A stretch of 64,000 bases of DNA, taken from NCBI GenBank assembly GCA_965644295.1, contig CBFFRP010000271.1, positions 1 to 64,000 of the forward strand. The letters run 5' to 3'. Below are positions 50,501 to 63,646 of this stretch, piece by piece. The DNA comes from Paraphysomonas bandaiensis. Its lineage: Eukaryota; Protista; Chrysophyceae. The notes beneath the pieces were generated by a model. It searched no databases, was not told the DNA's origin, and worked only from the letters and a program-made list of their open reading frames with translations. Both the position numbers and the translations under genes were made by a program. Every line of letters begins with the position of its first letter. The first letter of the stretch is position 1.

Positions 50501-51539
50501 GCCGTCGAATTCCAGCAGAATGCAGATCTAATACCTCCCACTGTTTCTGAACTTCGTCAGGAAATGATGCCCGGGCTAGCAGAACTTCGTGATCTATCTT
50601 TTTATGAGAAGAAATGATGACCCACTACCTGCGGATGATCTTCCACCTACTAGTAATAATGTGCCCCCAGCGGTTGTTGCCAAGTCGCTTCCGATCATAG
50701 GTACTAGTACTACTGTAAGTAGTAGCTTGGTAAAGATAGCTATATGCGTATGCAATGTATCCAAAATCAGGCTATTCGGTTCGAGAGTATGCAGTCTCAA
50801 GCGAGGCAGATGTAGCTATTTATATGAAAATATGATATATTACAAAACACAAGTAGCAGGGCCAACTTGTAACGCAATAAATAATGCTAATAACAACTAT
50901 ACTTGCGACTTTTTCTTTATCTTTAACCTCTCAGATACAAATTACAGTAAAATAATAACTCAATACTTAGATATATATATGAAACCTGGTGAAATTGCTT
51001 TACCAGGTTTTGGTATTTTACCTCGACTTATTCTCACTTTTTTGACCTGTAACTAATATAAAATTTATGAAATGTCTCTAAAAACATGTTCTCTTTACGC
51101 CTACTACATTATTAATTATTGCAAAGCGCAACAAAACTTCAACATAAATCAACATTTTCAAAAATTCACCAGGTTTCGACCGTTTTACCAGGTTTGGACA
51201 TCACATCCACTTTATACTGCGAGGAATATTTTAGGGACCCATCAATAGGCCTGCTCTATGCTGAGACCAATTGGTCAGGCAGATATTGCGTTAATTTATT
51301 TATACTTTTTCTCTGAGGTGTTGTATACTCTCTGAAAAACCAGTATATCGGTTGATTGAGAATGAATAATATGGTAGTCGTATTTGCCGTTATATTTGTT
51401 GAATGGCGAGCTATTATTACCCCGAACACATAATATATATGTCGTACATAAAACATTGAAATTGTTAATTTGAAATCTTACATGAAGTAGGCAATTAAAT
51501 TTTCGAGTATATATTTTTGTTAGTCTCCCACACATATTC

Positions 51540-52050
51540 AAGAGCAAAAGTGGTTGCACCTTGTTGCTTGCGGTGACACACAAGCAGTATTCGTAGCGTT
51601 TATTAAAATACAGTAGGATATCAGAGTTAAGCGCTAGCTTGTTAAATAGCAATGCTAAATTAGTTCTGAATCTTAAACGCCAATATATAGCTAATACTAT
51701 ATTGTTGTTCACGAAACTATTTTCTAACTCTTCTAGCTTTTGTGTTTGTCGCTGATAAAAATATGCGCAATGATACCACAACGTCGATGAAGAGCTGTAT
51801 GAATATATATATTGTCAATAGTTGCTTCGGAGAACACTTTTTATCTAAAAAAGGCATAATAGCATATATATAATAATATTATAATAATATATATATCAAA
51901 TACTATAAAATGCCATCACTTGGTGTCCACTTCTCATATTTCTCATATGGGGTATTAGAAGTGGCAAAATTATTATCTGTTGACTATATATGCGGCTCAC
52001 ATTAGTTTCCCCCAGAGAAGACCACAAAAATGTGCGAGCCCGACTTTATT
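51540..52050. mobile_element. Two partial SINE-like/LINE 3' fragments (51540-51690 on +, about 51915-52050 on -)
   Basis: agagcaaaagtggttgcacctt..gcggtgacacacaagc on +. gtggcaaaattattatctg..gcggctcac.ttagtttccc..ccgacttta matches the 36562 copy. Confidence 0.6.
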
Positions 52051-52318
52051 GAGGAAGTAATTAACAGTATTACATGAGTACATGAACTATTGAAGTGTTA
52101 GGAATATTATTAAAATAATAAAACCGATAATATATATATTATATATTATGATATATATATATTGACTCTATAAGACGATTCGTGTCTATATATAAGATCG
52201 TATGAAAATGATTGGTAGTTGAGATAACATAAATGTGGCAGATGAGAATGAAAAAGTGAATTTGAGTGTATAATATATATATTAAGTTCATTACTTTACG
52301 TGTAATTACACCATCGAA

Positions 52319-53444
52319 CAGGGCTGCGTATCAATTAACTATAAATCACGTAACGCCGGTTATATAGTTAATTATATTAATTTTGCAATTATTACTTGCT
52401 GTGTCTCAATTTCAATTATTTAATACTAGACTACATGAAATATTCAAGTATATTATGATAGTAGTGTAAATGGCATGTGCAAAGAGATTTAACATTGTAT
52501 GTAAACTTTTGCCATCAGATGGAGAAAACAGCTTGACCTAGATGATGTCCGGGTATAATTTGATAATTTAATTTGTCATTATTTCACCTGCGTTCAAAAT
52601 GCAGACTTCGAGAAAGCAGTAGTCAAAATTACGCGCTGAAAAATCACAGGGGCGACGCTTTTACCTTGCACACGAAGGTGAAATGGATGAAGAGAAATAT
52701 GAGGATGAGGAAGACGAGGCTATTTGTTTACATTTAAAGATATAACCGAAAGCAGAAAAAAACATTCATTTTGTACTGGCAACACGATATAATATATCGT
52801 TGCATGAAGCATATGTATAGCACAATATTTGTGAGAGGTTGTGTAGTAGAGCTAAGATTGTTATGTCTGAATTTCGCAAGCGAATGATACCTAGACACCT
52901 TGAAATAAATGCTAAAGTATCTGCATGAAAAGCGGCATCTATGGGATGAGATTATAGTTCAGAAAGTTCAGAATTGAAGGCAATTAATTCGCAATAATTG
53001 GATATTTGACTAATAACTGCTATTATTATTGTTGAACATCTGTCACCAATTAATTGGCAATTAATTGTTACGAATGCCTGCAGATAGCTCCACACATAAC
53101 CCTTCTTTCGCTTAAGAACATATATATTTCTCAACAGGCCCTCCCGGCATTGCCAAGTCTCTGTTGTAACCTGTTCCATATTATCATTCATTATCTCAAA
53201 GAACACTCGTACAATGATTCCTGGTACCAGGTTATCGCCCATATCGCCAATTATTTGTGAGATAATTCTTTGTCCTATGGATATTTTTGCAATAGAAGTG
53301 CCGTGATTTAGGAACATTTATTTCAGTGTGAAAAGATTGTATTTTTTGATCACTTAATCGAAGCAAGCTGGAGTCAGTTATAATTGCAATTATAATTTAA
53401 TTTCCCAATTTCAATAATTGGCAATTAATTGATACACAGTCCTG
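52319..53444 (+). mobile_element. Internally deleted hAT DNA transposon
   Basis: TIRs cagggctgcgtatcaattaa / caggactgtgtatcaattaa (18/20). 8-bp TSD ccatcgaa / ccatccaa (7/8). Remnant ERLCSRAKIVMSEFRKRMIPRHLE resembles the hAT dimerization domain. Confidence 0.85.
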
Positions 53445-53898
53445 CCATCCAAACATGACTAACATTGAAATACATTAATTATTAGTACCAGGGATATAGG
53501 GAACAATATATATATTGATTGGTGGGCTGTGGTCAAATATTCCATCAAAATTGTTTCTGTTAAAGTAGCTCTTAATATATTGCAATATATTGCAATCAAT
53601 ATTATTATGATATTCATATATATACAGAAAGCTTCTTAACTGTAGGTATAAAATATAAGTCCATGTAATGTACATTGCAACAACATAAGTCCATGTAATG
53701 TATATAAGTCCATGTCTCCGTCCAGACAGTGTTTATTGCAACAATACAGAGAACGATGAAGCTGAAGTTGGCTATATGCGGAAACAATTCTTCAATCAGC
53801 TCCAAAATTGAAGAAACGGAAAGTTGAAATATCTAAGTACAGGTGCACGAGTCATGAAGAATGCACTTTCAATTCATGTGAACCCCTGTTCAGCTCAG

Positions 53899-56800
53899 AA
53901 TAAAGAATTGATCTTTATAATAGTAAAACAATGTTGTGATTATTAGAGTGTAAGTAATGAACACGATAGAGTGAAAATTATGAATAACAATATAGAACGT
54001 ACTATCATGCACAACGGAATAGTTAGAAGTGTAACTGATAATGACGACGTTATGATGACGATCACGTATCTTCGACAGATACTCTCTCTAATTCAGTTCA
54101 TGGTATATTTCATTGAATATTATAACTCACAGATACAATCATGTATTAAGCTGAATCCTAATACGCCCCCTCAATGAAATAATCAGTGAACCGTAAATAA
54201 TAGAGAGAATATGAACTTGTGCACACTGAGAGTAAAAACCAGAGTAGCAGTCACTATCCAATAACAAGCGAACTGCGGAGATGCTGTATTGTGAGACTAT
54301 CCTTCTAGTCCAGCATGATGTATTGAATAAAAGTAAAAAAAAAATGGTAAAAACTCCGTGTAACTCAAACTAGCCACCTAGGTCGCTTGTGGCTTGTTAA
54401 TTGTGATTTAGGTGTCTCTGATATTGTTGATCGCTTTCTGTTGTTGCTGGATGGGATGTCGAACCCAGCTCCCCCCATCAATGTAGTTCGCAATTGAAGA
54501 AAATTAGTGGCTCCTAGTGGTTTCGTGAGAAGATCGGCTAACATTGACGTGGTGGGAATATGGTCAACAGTCAATTGGTTTTCGGCAATATTTTCTCGAA
54601 TGAAATGATACCGTATCGCAATATGTTTCGTACGACGATGATGAGTAGGATTGTAGCATAATTGGACTGCCCCTTTATTATCGCACCAAATAGTTGTTGA
54701 GAATGGAAGTTTGAAACCAATTTCTGATAATAAAGAGCGTAGCCATAATGCTTCCTGAGCTGCTGACGATAAGGCCATATACTCAGCTTCAGTAGATGAC
54801 AATGCCACAGTTGTCTGTAATCGAGATTGCCATGATATAAGACAATTACCTATGAAGAATGTAAAAGCTGTAGTGGACCGTCGAGTGAGGTGACACCGTG
54901 CCCAATCGCTATCGCAGTATCCTGATAATGTTATGTGGGATCCAGAATATATCAATCCTTGCTTAGCAGTGCCTTTGAGATACCTAAGAACATGTAACGC
55001 AGCATTACAGGTAGTTAGATTAGGCATATCAGAAAATCTGGCAAGAGTATTGACTGCATAGGCGATATCCGGTCGAGTGCATACAGCTAGATACATCAGG
55101 GAACCTATGAGCTCCTTGTAGGGGAAATTCTGAACATAACTTTGATTTGACTCTGAAAGATGATTGTATTCATGTAAATCATAGTTGAAAGACAGTAACA
55201 TAGGTGTTGACATGGGTTTACTGTCGGACATGTTGAATTTGTCCAGTAGTTTTCTGACATATTGCTCCTGACTGAGAGTTGTGATATTTTTGTCAAAATC
55301 TTGATGAATGGAGATGCCCAAGTAATAATCTAGGAGTCCGAGATCCGTAATTTCGAACTTTTTGGATAAATGGTCTTTGAATTGTTGGATATCAGTGTCG
55401 GATGTGGATGCTATAATAATATCGTCCACATACATATGGCTATTAGCATAATCCTGCCATTAATCTGCTTTTTGAATATACACGGGTCAGATATTAGTCT
55501 GGTGAAACCCATATCTAGCATAAAATTTGTACAGCACTTATACCAGTTAAGACCTGCTTGCTTTAGACCATAGATGCTTTTCATCAGTTTGAGGACTTTT
55601 CCGTCAGGGACGTCCATGCCAGGAGGGGGATGCATGTATATGTCCTCTTCGAGGTCAGCATTGATGTACGCAGTTGTGAAATCGATTTGGTGCAATTTGA
55701 GTTTCATAATAGTCGAAAGGGCAATAATTGTACGTAGTGATGTAGCCTTCGCGACGGGGCTGTATGTATCATTGTAATCGATGCCTTGGATTTGAGTAAA
55801 ACCCTGTGCGACTAGTCGAGCCTTGAATTTGATATCATTCTGTTTTCTTTTTATTTTGAATATGAGTTTCCCCTTTATGGCTCTTGCTCCAGGTGGTAAC
55901 GCAGTGTATCTCCAGCACCCTTTCCTCTGAAGAGTGGATATTTCTCTGTTGATAGCATCGATCCACTGCTGTTTATATTTACCTGAAATAGCATCTTGAA
56001 CACTCTTTGGTGTATCAGTTAGCTCGTCAATGTCATCGCAATTACTGATAGCATGCATAACAATATCAATATTGTTAGTATGTAATTTTGATATACATTG
56101 TGTGTCATGTGCCATATGATTTACTACATGTTTAGCATTTACATCACATGTATATACACCATCACCAAGTTTATGTATATTTACGATTACCCGTTTCCTG
56201 GCCATTCTCCTGCTTCGGAGAACACTCTTTCTACCAGCTAAAAATTGTTGTTTTGCTGTAGCACGGACCTTACTTGGCCCTTCAGGTGTACCCTGATTTT
56301 CCCAATCTCCCGATGAATCAGCAGGCTTGTTGCAGCGTTTGGCCACACGCTGACGCACACGATCCACTTGACCGTGTGGTGCCGGATTCGGCACTAGATT
56401 CCCATTGAATTGTTTCGAAGGGCGAGTCTTCGCTATCTTTGCATCGGAGTGGGTAGGTTCACACCGATGGCTGCTGATTCTCTCCTGCGCGGCATCATGA
56501 TGTCTTCGATTCACGCCACTCCCCCTGGAAGTAGCGGCTGGCGCTGGAGATCCATTAACTGTATCGGGGTCTCGATCTGATTTGCTGGATTTATGTATTG
56601 GGGTTTTCGATCGAGAAGTATTACATTTGAGACCAACTGCTTTGAGTTCTATGTATTCTTCAGTGTACTTTTCGACGTCTGCAGCATGAATGGGGTCGTC
56701 GAGCTGGATGAGTCGTGTCTTGTCACCGCTGTCGTCCACTAGACCACGATACGCTGCGATTAATCCTTTTCTGAGCTTTATTTGAGTTGTTACATATGTT

Positions 56801-59636
56801 AATCCATCGTCTGGATCTACATGAGCTAGACCTATGAGATATTTGAAACTTTCTACTGTCCTGGAGGTCTCATTCTCTCTGAAGATCTCATTTATCTCTT
56901 TAAAATATCTCTTATCCGCTGGTGGAACACATTCGTTGAAAAATACATGTCCTGATATAACAAAATCTCTTAATGCGGGAACAAAGACTATATATCCAGG
57001 ACCATCCTCTCGATAGCCCATAAAATACCCAGGCCAGCTATGTCTGTCCCAATTGTTCTTTCGGAGACTGGAATCGATATTCACAAAGCATTTACATCCC
57101 CATATTCTGGCATAACTCAAGTCTGGTATTTCGTTTTCGATAAACTGAAGTGGAGACATAAATCCTTTAGCTGTTTGACACGGTAACCTGTTCTTGATGT
57201 GTATTGTCGCCTTTGAGGCTTGTTCCCAGAAATTCGGTGGGAGTCCAGAGTCGATAAGGCTGCTGAGTGCTCGTTCTTTAGTTGTCCGCCATGATCGCTC
57301 TTGGAATGGGTTATCCTCGGGGGTATACGGGGAGTTGAAAGTCCATGTAGCCCCTATTGATTGAAGATACTCTAGAACTTTTCTTGATACCAGCTCCTTC
57401 CCCCCATCCGCATGATAATGTTGTAGTCGTTTGCCTTTACTATGTAGATACATGACAACTTTCTGGATGGATTGGATGACGAAATCTTCATCTCTCGTTG
57501 GTCCGTAGGAGTCCCATTGGTGTCTGGAAGCTACATCTGTCATCCCGAGTATGTAACGGTTGCCAGTAATGATTGCCTCTGGTGCATGGGGTCCAGAAAA
57601 ATCGGCTACTACTAGCTCCCCCAGCTCATTTGCTCTTCTTACACGCTTGAGCAGCATTTGTCTGATAGCGTGTCTATGTTTTCGGCGATGAGATTTACCA
57701 CTAGCACAACCATCACATAGGCCACCCGGTAAAGAAGTAGCATTCATCTCCGACTTCGTTAACTTAATACCCGTTACTAATTTTGACTGTACAGCTTTCT
57801 GTATGAGTCCAATTGAAGAATGTGCCAATCTCTTATGTGCTAGAGTTGCGAGTGGGCCTGAAGCAGTTGAAGCAAGGTGGGATACGTCAATAGGAGTACC
57901 GAGGTCTGTTAACGGAATTTCATATAGGCCTCCAACTCTCTTACCCTTTGATAGCAGTATTTCATCTTTATATATCTCAACTGATTGGTTTCCGAACAAG
58001 ATTTTATACCCTAGGTCATCTAATTGGCTGATGGACACGAGTGTCCTTGAAGCATGGTCCACGTGCTTGCACTTGGGGATAATACCAAGTCTTCCATGTC
58101 CTGAAGAGGTCATAGTCGATCCTGACTTAGCTGTTTGAATGTCGGTGAGGCATTCCTCATAATTGGTGATGTATCCGGCTTCAGGTGTAATGGAGACTGT
58201 GCAGCCAGAATCAAGGGTTCCCATTCCGGCTTCTTGATCAAAAACGAAGTTTGTTTCGTCGTTTGTTGGATATCCGACTCCTCCGAAGTCTCGTCCTTTC
58301 TGTTGTAGTGGACCACTGTCTTCATAATCTGCAAACTGGTCGGATTCGTCGTTTTCAGTGCTCTGGTGGGTCTGGAATCTAACTTTTTTGAATTTCCTAC
58401 TGGTTGATTTGTTTCCAGAGGAACTCTTCATTTGTTGGATCCTTTCCCATGAGTGTTTGCATTCTGAAGCGATGTGTCCTTTTCCATCGCATCGGAAACA
58501 CTTAATGTCCTTGTCAGCTCTCTTGTCATGTTTCGGTTTATTGGAACGGTTTCTGAAAGATGTCCCCTTTTTGCGTTTAGAATTCACTTTATTTCGGGAA
58601 AATGGGGGTTTTGAGGCTGCAAGCTGAATACTGTCGGTTTTTGATTCTTCGTTGCTTGACAAGAGCATTCCAACAGAGGAGCTTCCTAATCCGCGTAGTC
58701 TGCGTATGAGTGTTTTGTAGTCATCGATAGGGTGCATCTGCAGGTTGATCGCCAGTTCACGATACGTCATATTTTCTTTGGATACCAGGCCTTGTCGAAT
58801 GCGTGAGATGAGATCTTGGTCACTTATCCGATGACCATAATTAATCAGCTTGTTTCGGAGCTTTTCGACAGCGTCAAGAAAGTTGATTATCGACTGACCT
58901 TTTTTGATTTTTATGCTCTGAAACTGGCCAATCAGATCGGTGATTACATCGTTAGTCGTTTTTTCTTTGAAGTGGTTGAGCAAGTCCGTCCAGGCGGTTT
59001 TACCGTCTCCATCGGGGACGTTCTCCAAAATCCCTTCAGCCTCTTCATTCTGACCAATGATAGAGCTTGCAATGACTGACCATAGGTAGTTATTACCTTC
59101 ATCATAATATCGTTTCGCATCCTGATACTGTTCGAGTCGATACTGGTAGTCCTCGTCATCTGAGTTTTCTCCTGCTTCAGGCTCAATTGGGTGATCGTTC
59201 TGTAGAGTATAAACGATCTTAGGCTTGCGATAGAACCATGCACGGCACTTCTTCTGCCACCTGGAGAAGTTCTTCGCATCGAATTTTGGCATTGAGTCCT
59301 TTCGCTTGTCGGTTGTCGAATCCGAGTCGGTTGAGTCGTAACTTGTAACTTGAACTGACATCTCGCTACCAAATAAAGAATTGATCTTTATAATAGTAAA
59401 ACAATGTTGTGATTATTAGAGTGTAAGTAATGAACACGATAGAGTGAAAATTATGAATAACAATATAGAACGTACTATCATGCACAACGGAATAGTTAGA
59501 AGTGTAACTGATAATGACGACGTTATGATGACGATCACGTATCTTCGACAGATACTCTCTCTAATTCAGTTCATGGTATATTTCATTGAATATTATAACT
59601 CACAGATACAATCATGTATTAAGCTGAATCCTAATA
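53899..59636 (-). mobile_element. Full-length Ty1/copia LTR retrotransposon, 5,738 bp
   Basis: Identical 265-bp LTRs (53899-54163, 59372-59636). 5-bp TSD CTCAG at 53894-53898 and 59637-59641. PBS TGGTAGCGAG (59371-59362). PPT GAGGGGGCG. Domain order gag-PR-IN-RT-RH. Confidence 0.97.
54365..59361 (-). CDS. Copia gag-pol polyprotein, split by a 2-nt (AT) insertion near 55435
   Basis: CCHC: CFRCDGKGHIASEC. PR: LDSGCT. IN: HKRLAH..CDGC, ADFSGP / HADGGKE / QERSWR. RT: FKARLVAQGF, KSIYGLKQAG, YVDD. RH: YCDSDWA, SSTEAEY, ADLLTK. Confidence 0.93.
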
Positions 59637-59850
59637 CTCAGCAAAACTGATTATAATATCACATTATAATTACAAGTATCAACTACGGATGTGTTTCCTT
59701 ACTGATTAGTCGTACTAATACTTTGTAACACTTACTTCTATTCACACTTACTTTTACTTATGAACATAAGTAACATTTACTTATGAACATAATTACGAGA
59801 AACCCATTCCACGGCAACAAAATATGGAAATATTTTGTACAATATAATAT

Positions 59851-60044
59851 CACGGCCTGGTAACCATTAATGGTAATGGCATTAATGGCGGGAACCGGAC
59901 TACCATTAATGGTTATCAGGCCCTGCAATCTGCGATATATTATATATTGCAATAGTATTGTAGGGCCGGTTTAAAACTCCCATCAATACTATTGATGGAA
60001 CGCTATCTAACAATAGTATTGCAATATATTTTTCCCTATCCCTG
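59851..60044. mobile_element. Cluster of small foldback/MITE-like elements
   Basis: ggcctggtaaccattaatggta...taccattaatggttatcaggcc forms an inverted repeat. The end tattgcaatatatttttccctatccctg recurs in related form near 9140-9180 and 53488. Confidence 0.45.
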
Positions 60045-60466
60045 ATTGGTACAATGCAAAGTTTAAGGTTTACGTAGAACAAGCTTAACATAGGTGATTT
60101 TACTCTATTTACTTAATAATGTGCTGCAAGTCATGAGGTTTACCAGATGAGACTTGAAACATGCAATTCTAGATTTCGAAATGCATTGATAGAGCAGCTT
60201 TCTAAGGCATGGATTAGTTGTACCAATGTGACCGTGTTACCCTGTATTGCAACATTCTTAGTATTTGAAGTCGAACATATACAGAAAAAATGGTCCAAGA
60301 GTTATCACTGTCGATCAACACATGCCATTTATCACAAATTATTCATTAGATTTATTGGCTTCAGTACTTTCCCTTAAAATTTCAGCACAAAAAACAATCA
60401 GGCAACGTAATCTCAGAACCAAGTAACAATACCGACCGACAGCAGATAGTAACACAGCAGAGGGTA

Positions 60467-63392
60467 TTATAGATTAAAGTGGTCGCTGCGCATTGTCCTC
60501 GAGAGATTCTCATCCTCCTGAATATACAAATACAATATCAATACAATTAAGAGTGTAGAAATACGAACTACTCACATCCTTCGCCATCTTTACAAGATCC
60601 GCCATCATGAGCCTGTTCATAGCAATAGATTTCTTCGTGGAGTCCACTGCATCTCGCTTGATTTGCTTCGGTCTAGATGCCGTGGAAATAGGGGATTGAG
60701 ATTCAACCTCCACTTTGTCATCAGTAGAAAGCAAATGTGGTGTACTAGAAGAGAATGCGGATTTCGCAGCCCCAGATATGGCAACAAAGGCCATAGCCAA
60801 AACAGCTATTCCAGCTACAATATAACCAGCCATACCCAGATAGTCCACAAAACCTTGGGATCCGCCTGTAGGAACATCACTGCCCTTCTGAGAGGCGGTG
60901 CTCGTCACCATGTCATTGACCTCCACAGGAATATGGTTTACCACCTTGGACAATACAACCTCACCGACGTGAGCACCAGTAAGCTGATTAAAGAAAGTGG
61001 AGCCCTCCACACTGGCACTGGAAATAACGTTTCTAAGGTTTCCTGAGCTGGAATGGCTAGAAAGAGTGTTCATCACATACTCTCTGACCTTATCAAAGCT
61101 GGAAAACTGATGAGCATCTAGACTGAAGTCATCGATGTCAACAGTCACACGGGTATCGAAAACAGCATGCCCACCAGACTCGTAGATACGTGATACCTCG
61201 ACACCCTCGGAAGATACACCCTTCAAAATGCTAGAAATGCCCTCAGCGAAGGTCTGAAGGTCGGCCTTTGAGAGAGAGGAAAGAGGTGTAGTCTCGGGAA
61301 TGCCCAACATCACAATCTGTACATTGTTCACAACTTGCGCGCCAAGCTCGTCTGCGCAATACTCGGCTGTGGTGTATGACGTGATTGCAACACACTCACC
61401 ATCACGAACAACAAAGTCCAACTGCTCACCACCAGACCCAGTTCGTCCACAGAAAGCCCATACATGGTCACCGGCATAGGCATTAAGGGCACCAGAAACA
61501 CGAAGGATATATTCGCCATCCGGAAGGTCTGTCCAACATGTATTTACATCCGTGCCGCACCCGGTTCCAGTCGTGATAAGCTTCCGACCAGAAGAGTCGG
61601 TGACGTAGTAGTTGGTTCCTCTATGCTGCTCCTCGAACCAAGGCTCAGAATCTGTAGAAAGTACTACATAATTCCACTCCTCCACATCAGACTGGGCAAG
61701 TGTGGGTGCGGGGGAAATTGTGGGAGAGGCAGTTGTGTCTTTACCCTTGAGCTCACGACGGGGTGAAGATTTGGGCTTAACCTTTGGCTTTTGGGGACAC
61801 GTGTGACAAGTGATGTTAGTAGGCAAATCATGAACAATGGCACGACGGGAAAACCCGAGATCCCTGGACGACCAGTGGAAGTCCATGTTTGTGTCATGTT
61901 TACCTTGGTACCACGTGCCAGTGCCTTCTTCATACACACGATATTGAATCTCCCAAAAAAATGCTGCCTTGGGAGCATCGATAACACGAAGCTTGTAGAG
62001 ACCATCGTCTGACGAGTACCTGGGGCACCAACGGAAAGTGTAAGGGTTAGCAAAGTGACAAAAAGGAGCGAATGTCTCGGTATAACCATCAGGAGAAGTA
62101 ATTTGCAGACGCGCTACATCCCACCCATCACCAAACTGGTCCTCAACAGCAATAACAAGACAATCCCATTCCGTACTCTCCGAGTAGATATCAGTGAGAG
62201 GAGAACCTCCCGCACCTTCTTCCTTACCAATGGTGATAATAGTGTGACCTGAGATTGTATTCTCTGTGTAGTATTCTGTTGAAAATGAAGGCTCGATGAA
62301 TTGCTGAAGAGACCACATGCCGCCCAAGGTCTCACGCTCATAAATATAAATCTTATTGGCATTGGTGGCCCCGACCACAGCAGTGTTACCTTGAAGGCTT
62401 ATCTCTGTGCCGAAAAGGTCGTTCGCAGCAGCTTCTGGAGGATATAGTATCTGATGGAGTGACCACTGGGTAGGCCCGGCCTTTGGCTTGGGCTTAACAC
62501 CATATTCAGGAGTGTTAGGGTACTGCACGTACACTGCACCCACAGCACTAAGACCATTATATTCAGCATTCTCAGCAGATAGAAAAATAGTATCTTCTTG
62601 CACCTCCATCTCGAAAATGGTGAGGGTGGAATCCCAGAAAGTCTGTGCCTGAGACCAAGTCTTGCCCTCTTTACGAAAGAGGACGGCACCACCCACCCCA
62701 CAATTGCTGTAATCAGCTGATGCAATGAGACTGTCTCCGCTAATGCGAACTTTGTTTCCCAGATTATATGTAAAGTCCACTGCACCGTCAGCACAGTCCG
62801 ATATTTCCCCACCCTGGTAAGCAGTCAGGACCTGAGTCTGCGTCCACGATTTGGCTGAAGGTGAAGTTGCCTCATATACATACGCCTGACCACTGGGAAG
62901 AATCGCAACAGTACAATTCGAGCAGTAGTGACAATTCGGGCATCCCAACACTCCCTGATGGAAGTTTGTACGATCAACATCCACGCTATAACCAAATCTA
63001 TCCGCTTCGTCATCCCATTCACTTGGGGCAGTTAGAGTTTGTTGAACACTCCACTTATTCCATTCTCCCGTATAAATGAAAGCATTGCTCTCAGAAGATA
63101 CCCAGAGCATTTGTCCCGTGACATCGTCTCCAGCCAAGTCGATTACGCGACCAAATCCAGAAGGCTCATTCGTAAGAACCTGTAGTTCTATATGACTATG
63201 GGTACTATCTTCGTATGACGGAGCCAAAAGAGTAACAGTCTCGGAAGCTGTGTCAGAGACAGCCAAGTACTTGGACCATCCTCTATTAAATGTCGAATAA
63301 TCAGTTGGATAGCTATCATCAATATGTTCAATATGAACAAATTCACATGTCGCGGCTGAAACAGCGGCACTGAATACCGCGGCTTTAAGCAT
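60467..63392 (-). CDS. Large type I membrane protein: signal peptide, FG-GAP-like beta-propeller repeats, Cys-containing modules, one TM helix; exons 63392-60576 and 60517-60467
   Basis: MLKAAVFSAAVSAATC leader. Repeats FGRVIDL, FGYSVDV and FGTEISL with W..QQ.L ends. DQFGDGWD module. TM YLGMAGYIVAGIAVLAMAFVAI. A 58-nt GTGAGT..CAG intron gives the C-terminus EDENLSRTMRSDHFNL*. Confidence 0.8.
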
Positions 63393-63646
63393 TGGCTATA
63401 ATTTGTACTTTACTCAATGCTAATAATAATGTGCCACGCAATAAGTATCATATATGAATGTAGTCATCGAGGGCAGCGAGGAGTAGGTTTGGAAGGGGTA
63501 CCCATCACAATATATAAAATTTTTGTTAGGTCCGGGGTGCATAGTGGGTAAAGTTCAATACCATCCATTCAAGATACAAATTTCATGAAATAATTAAAAT
63601 AAATCAGTTATATATATACTATATTATTCGAAGGTATTGTACATAT

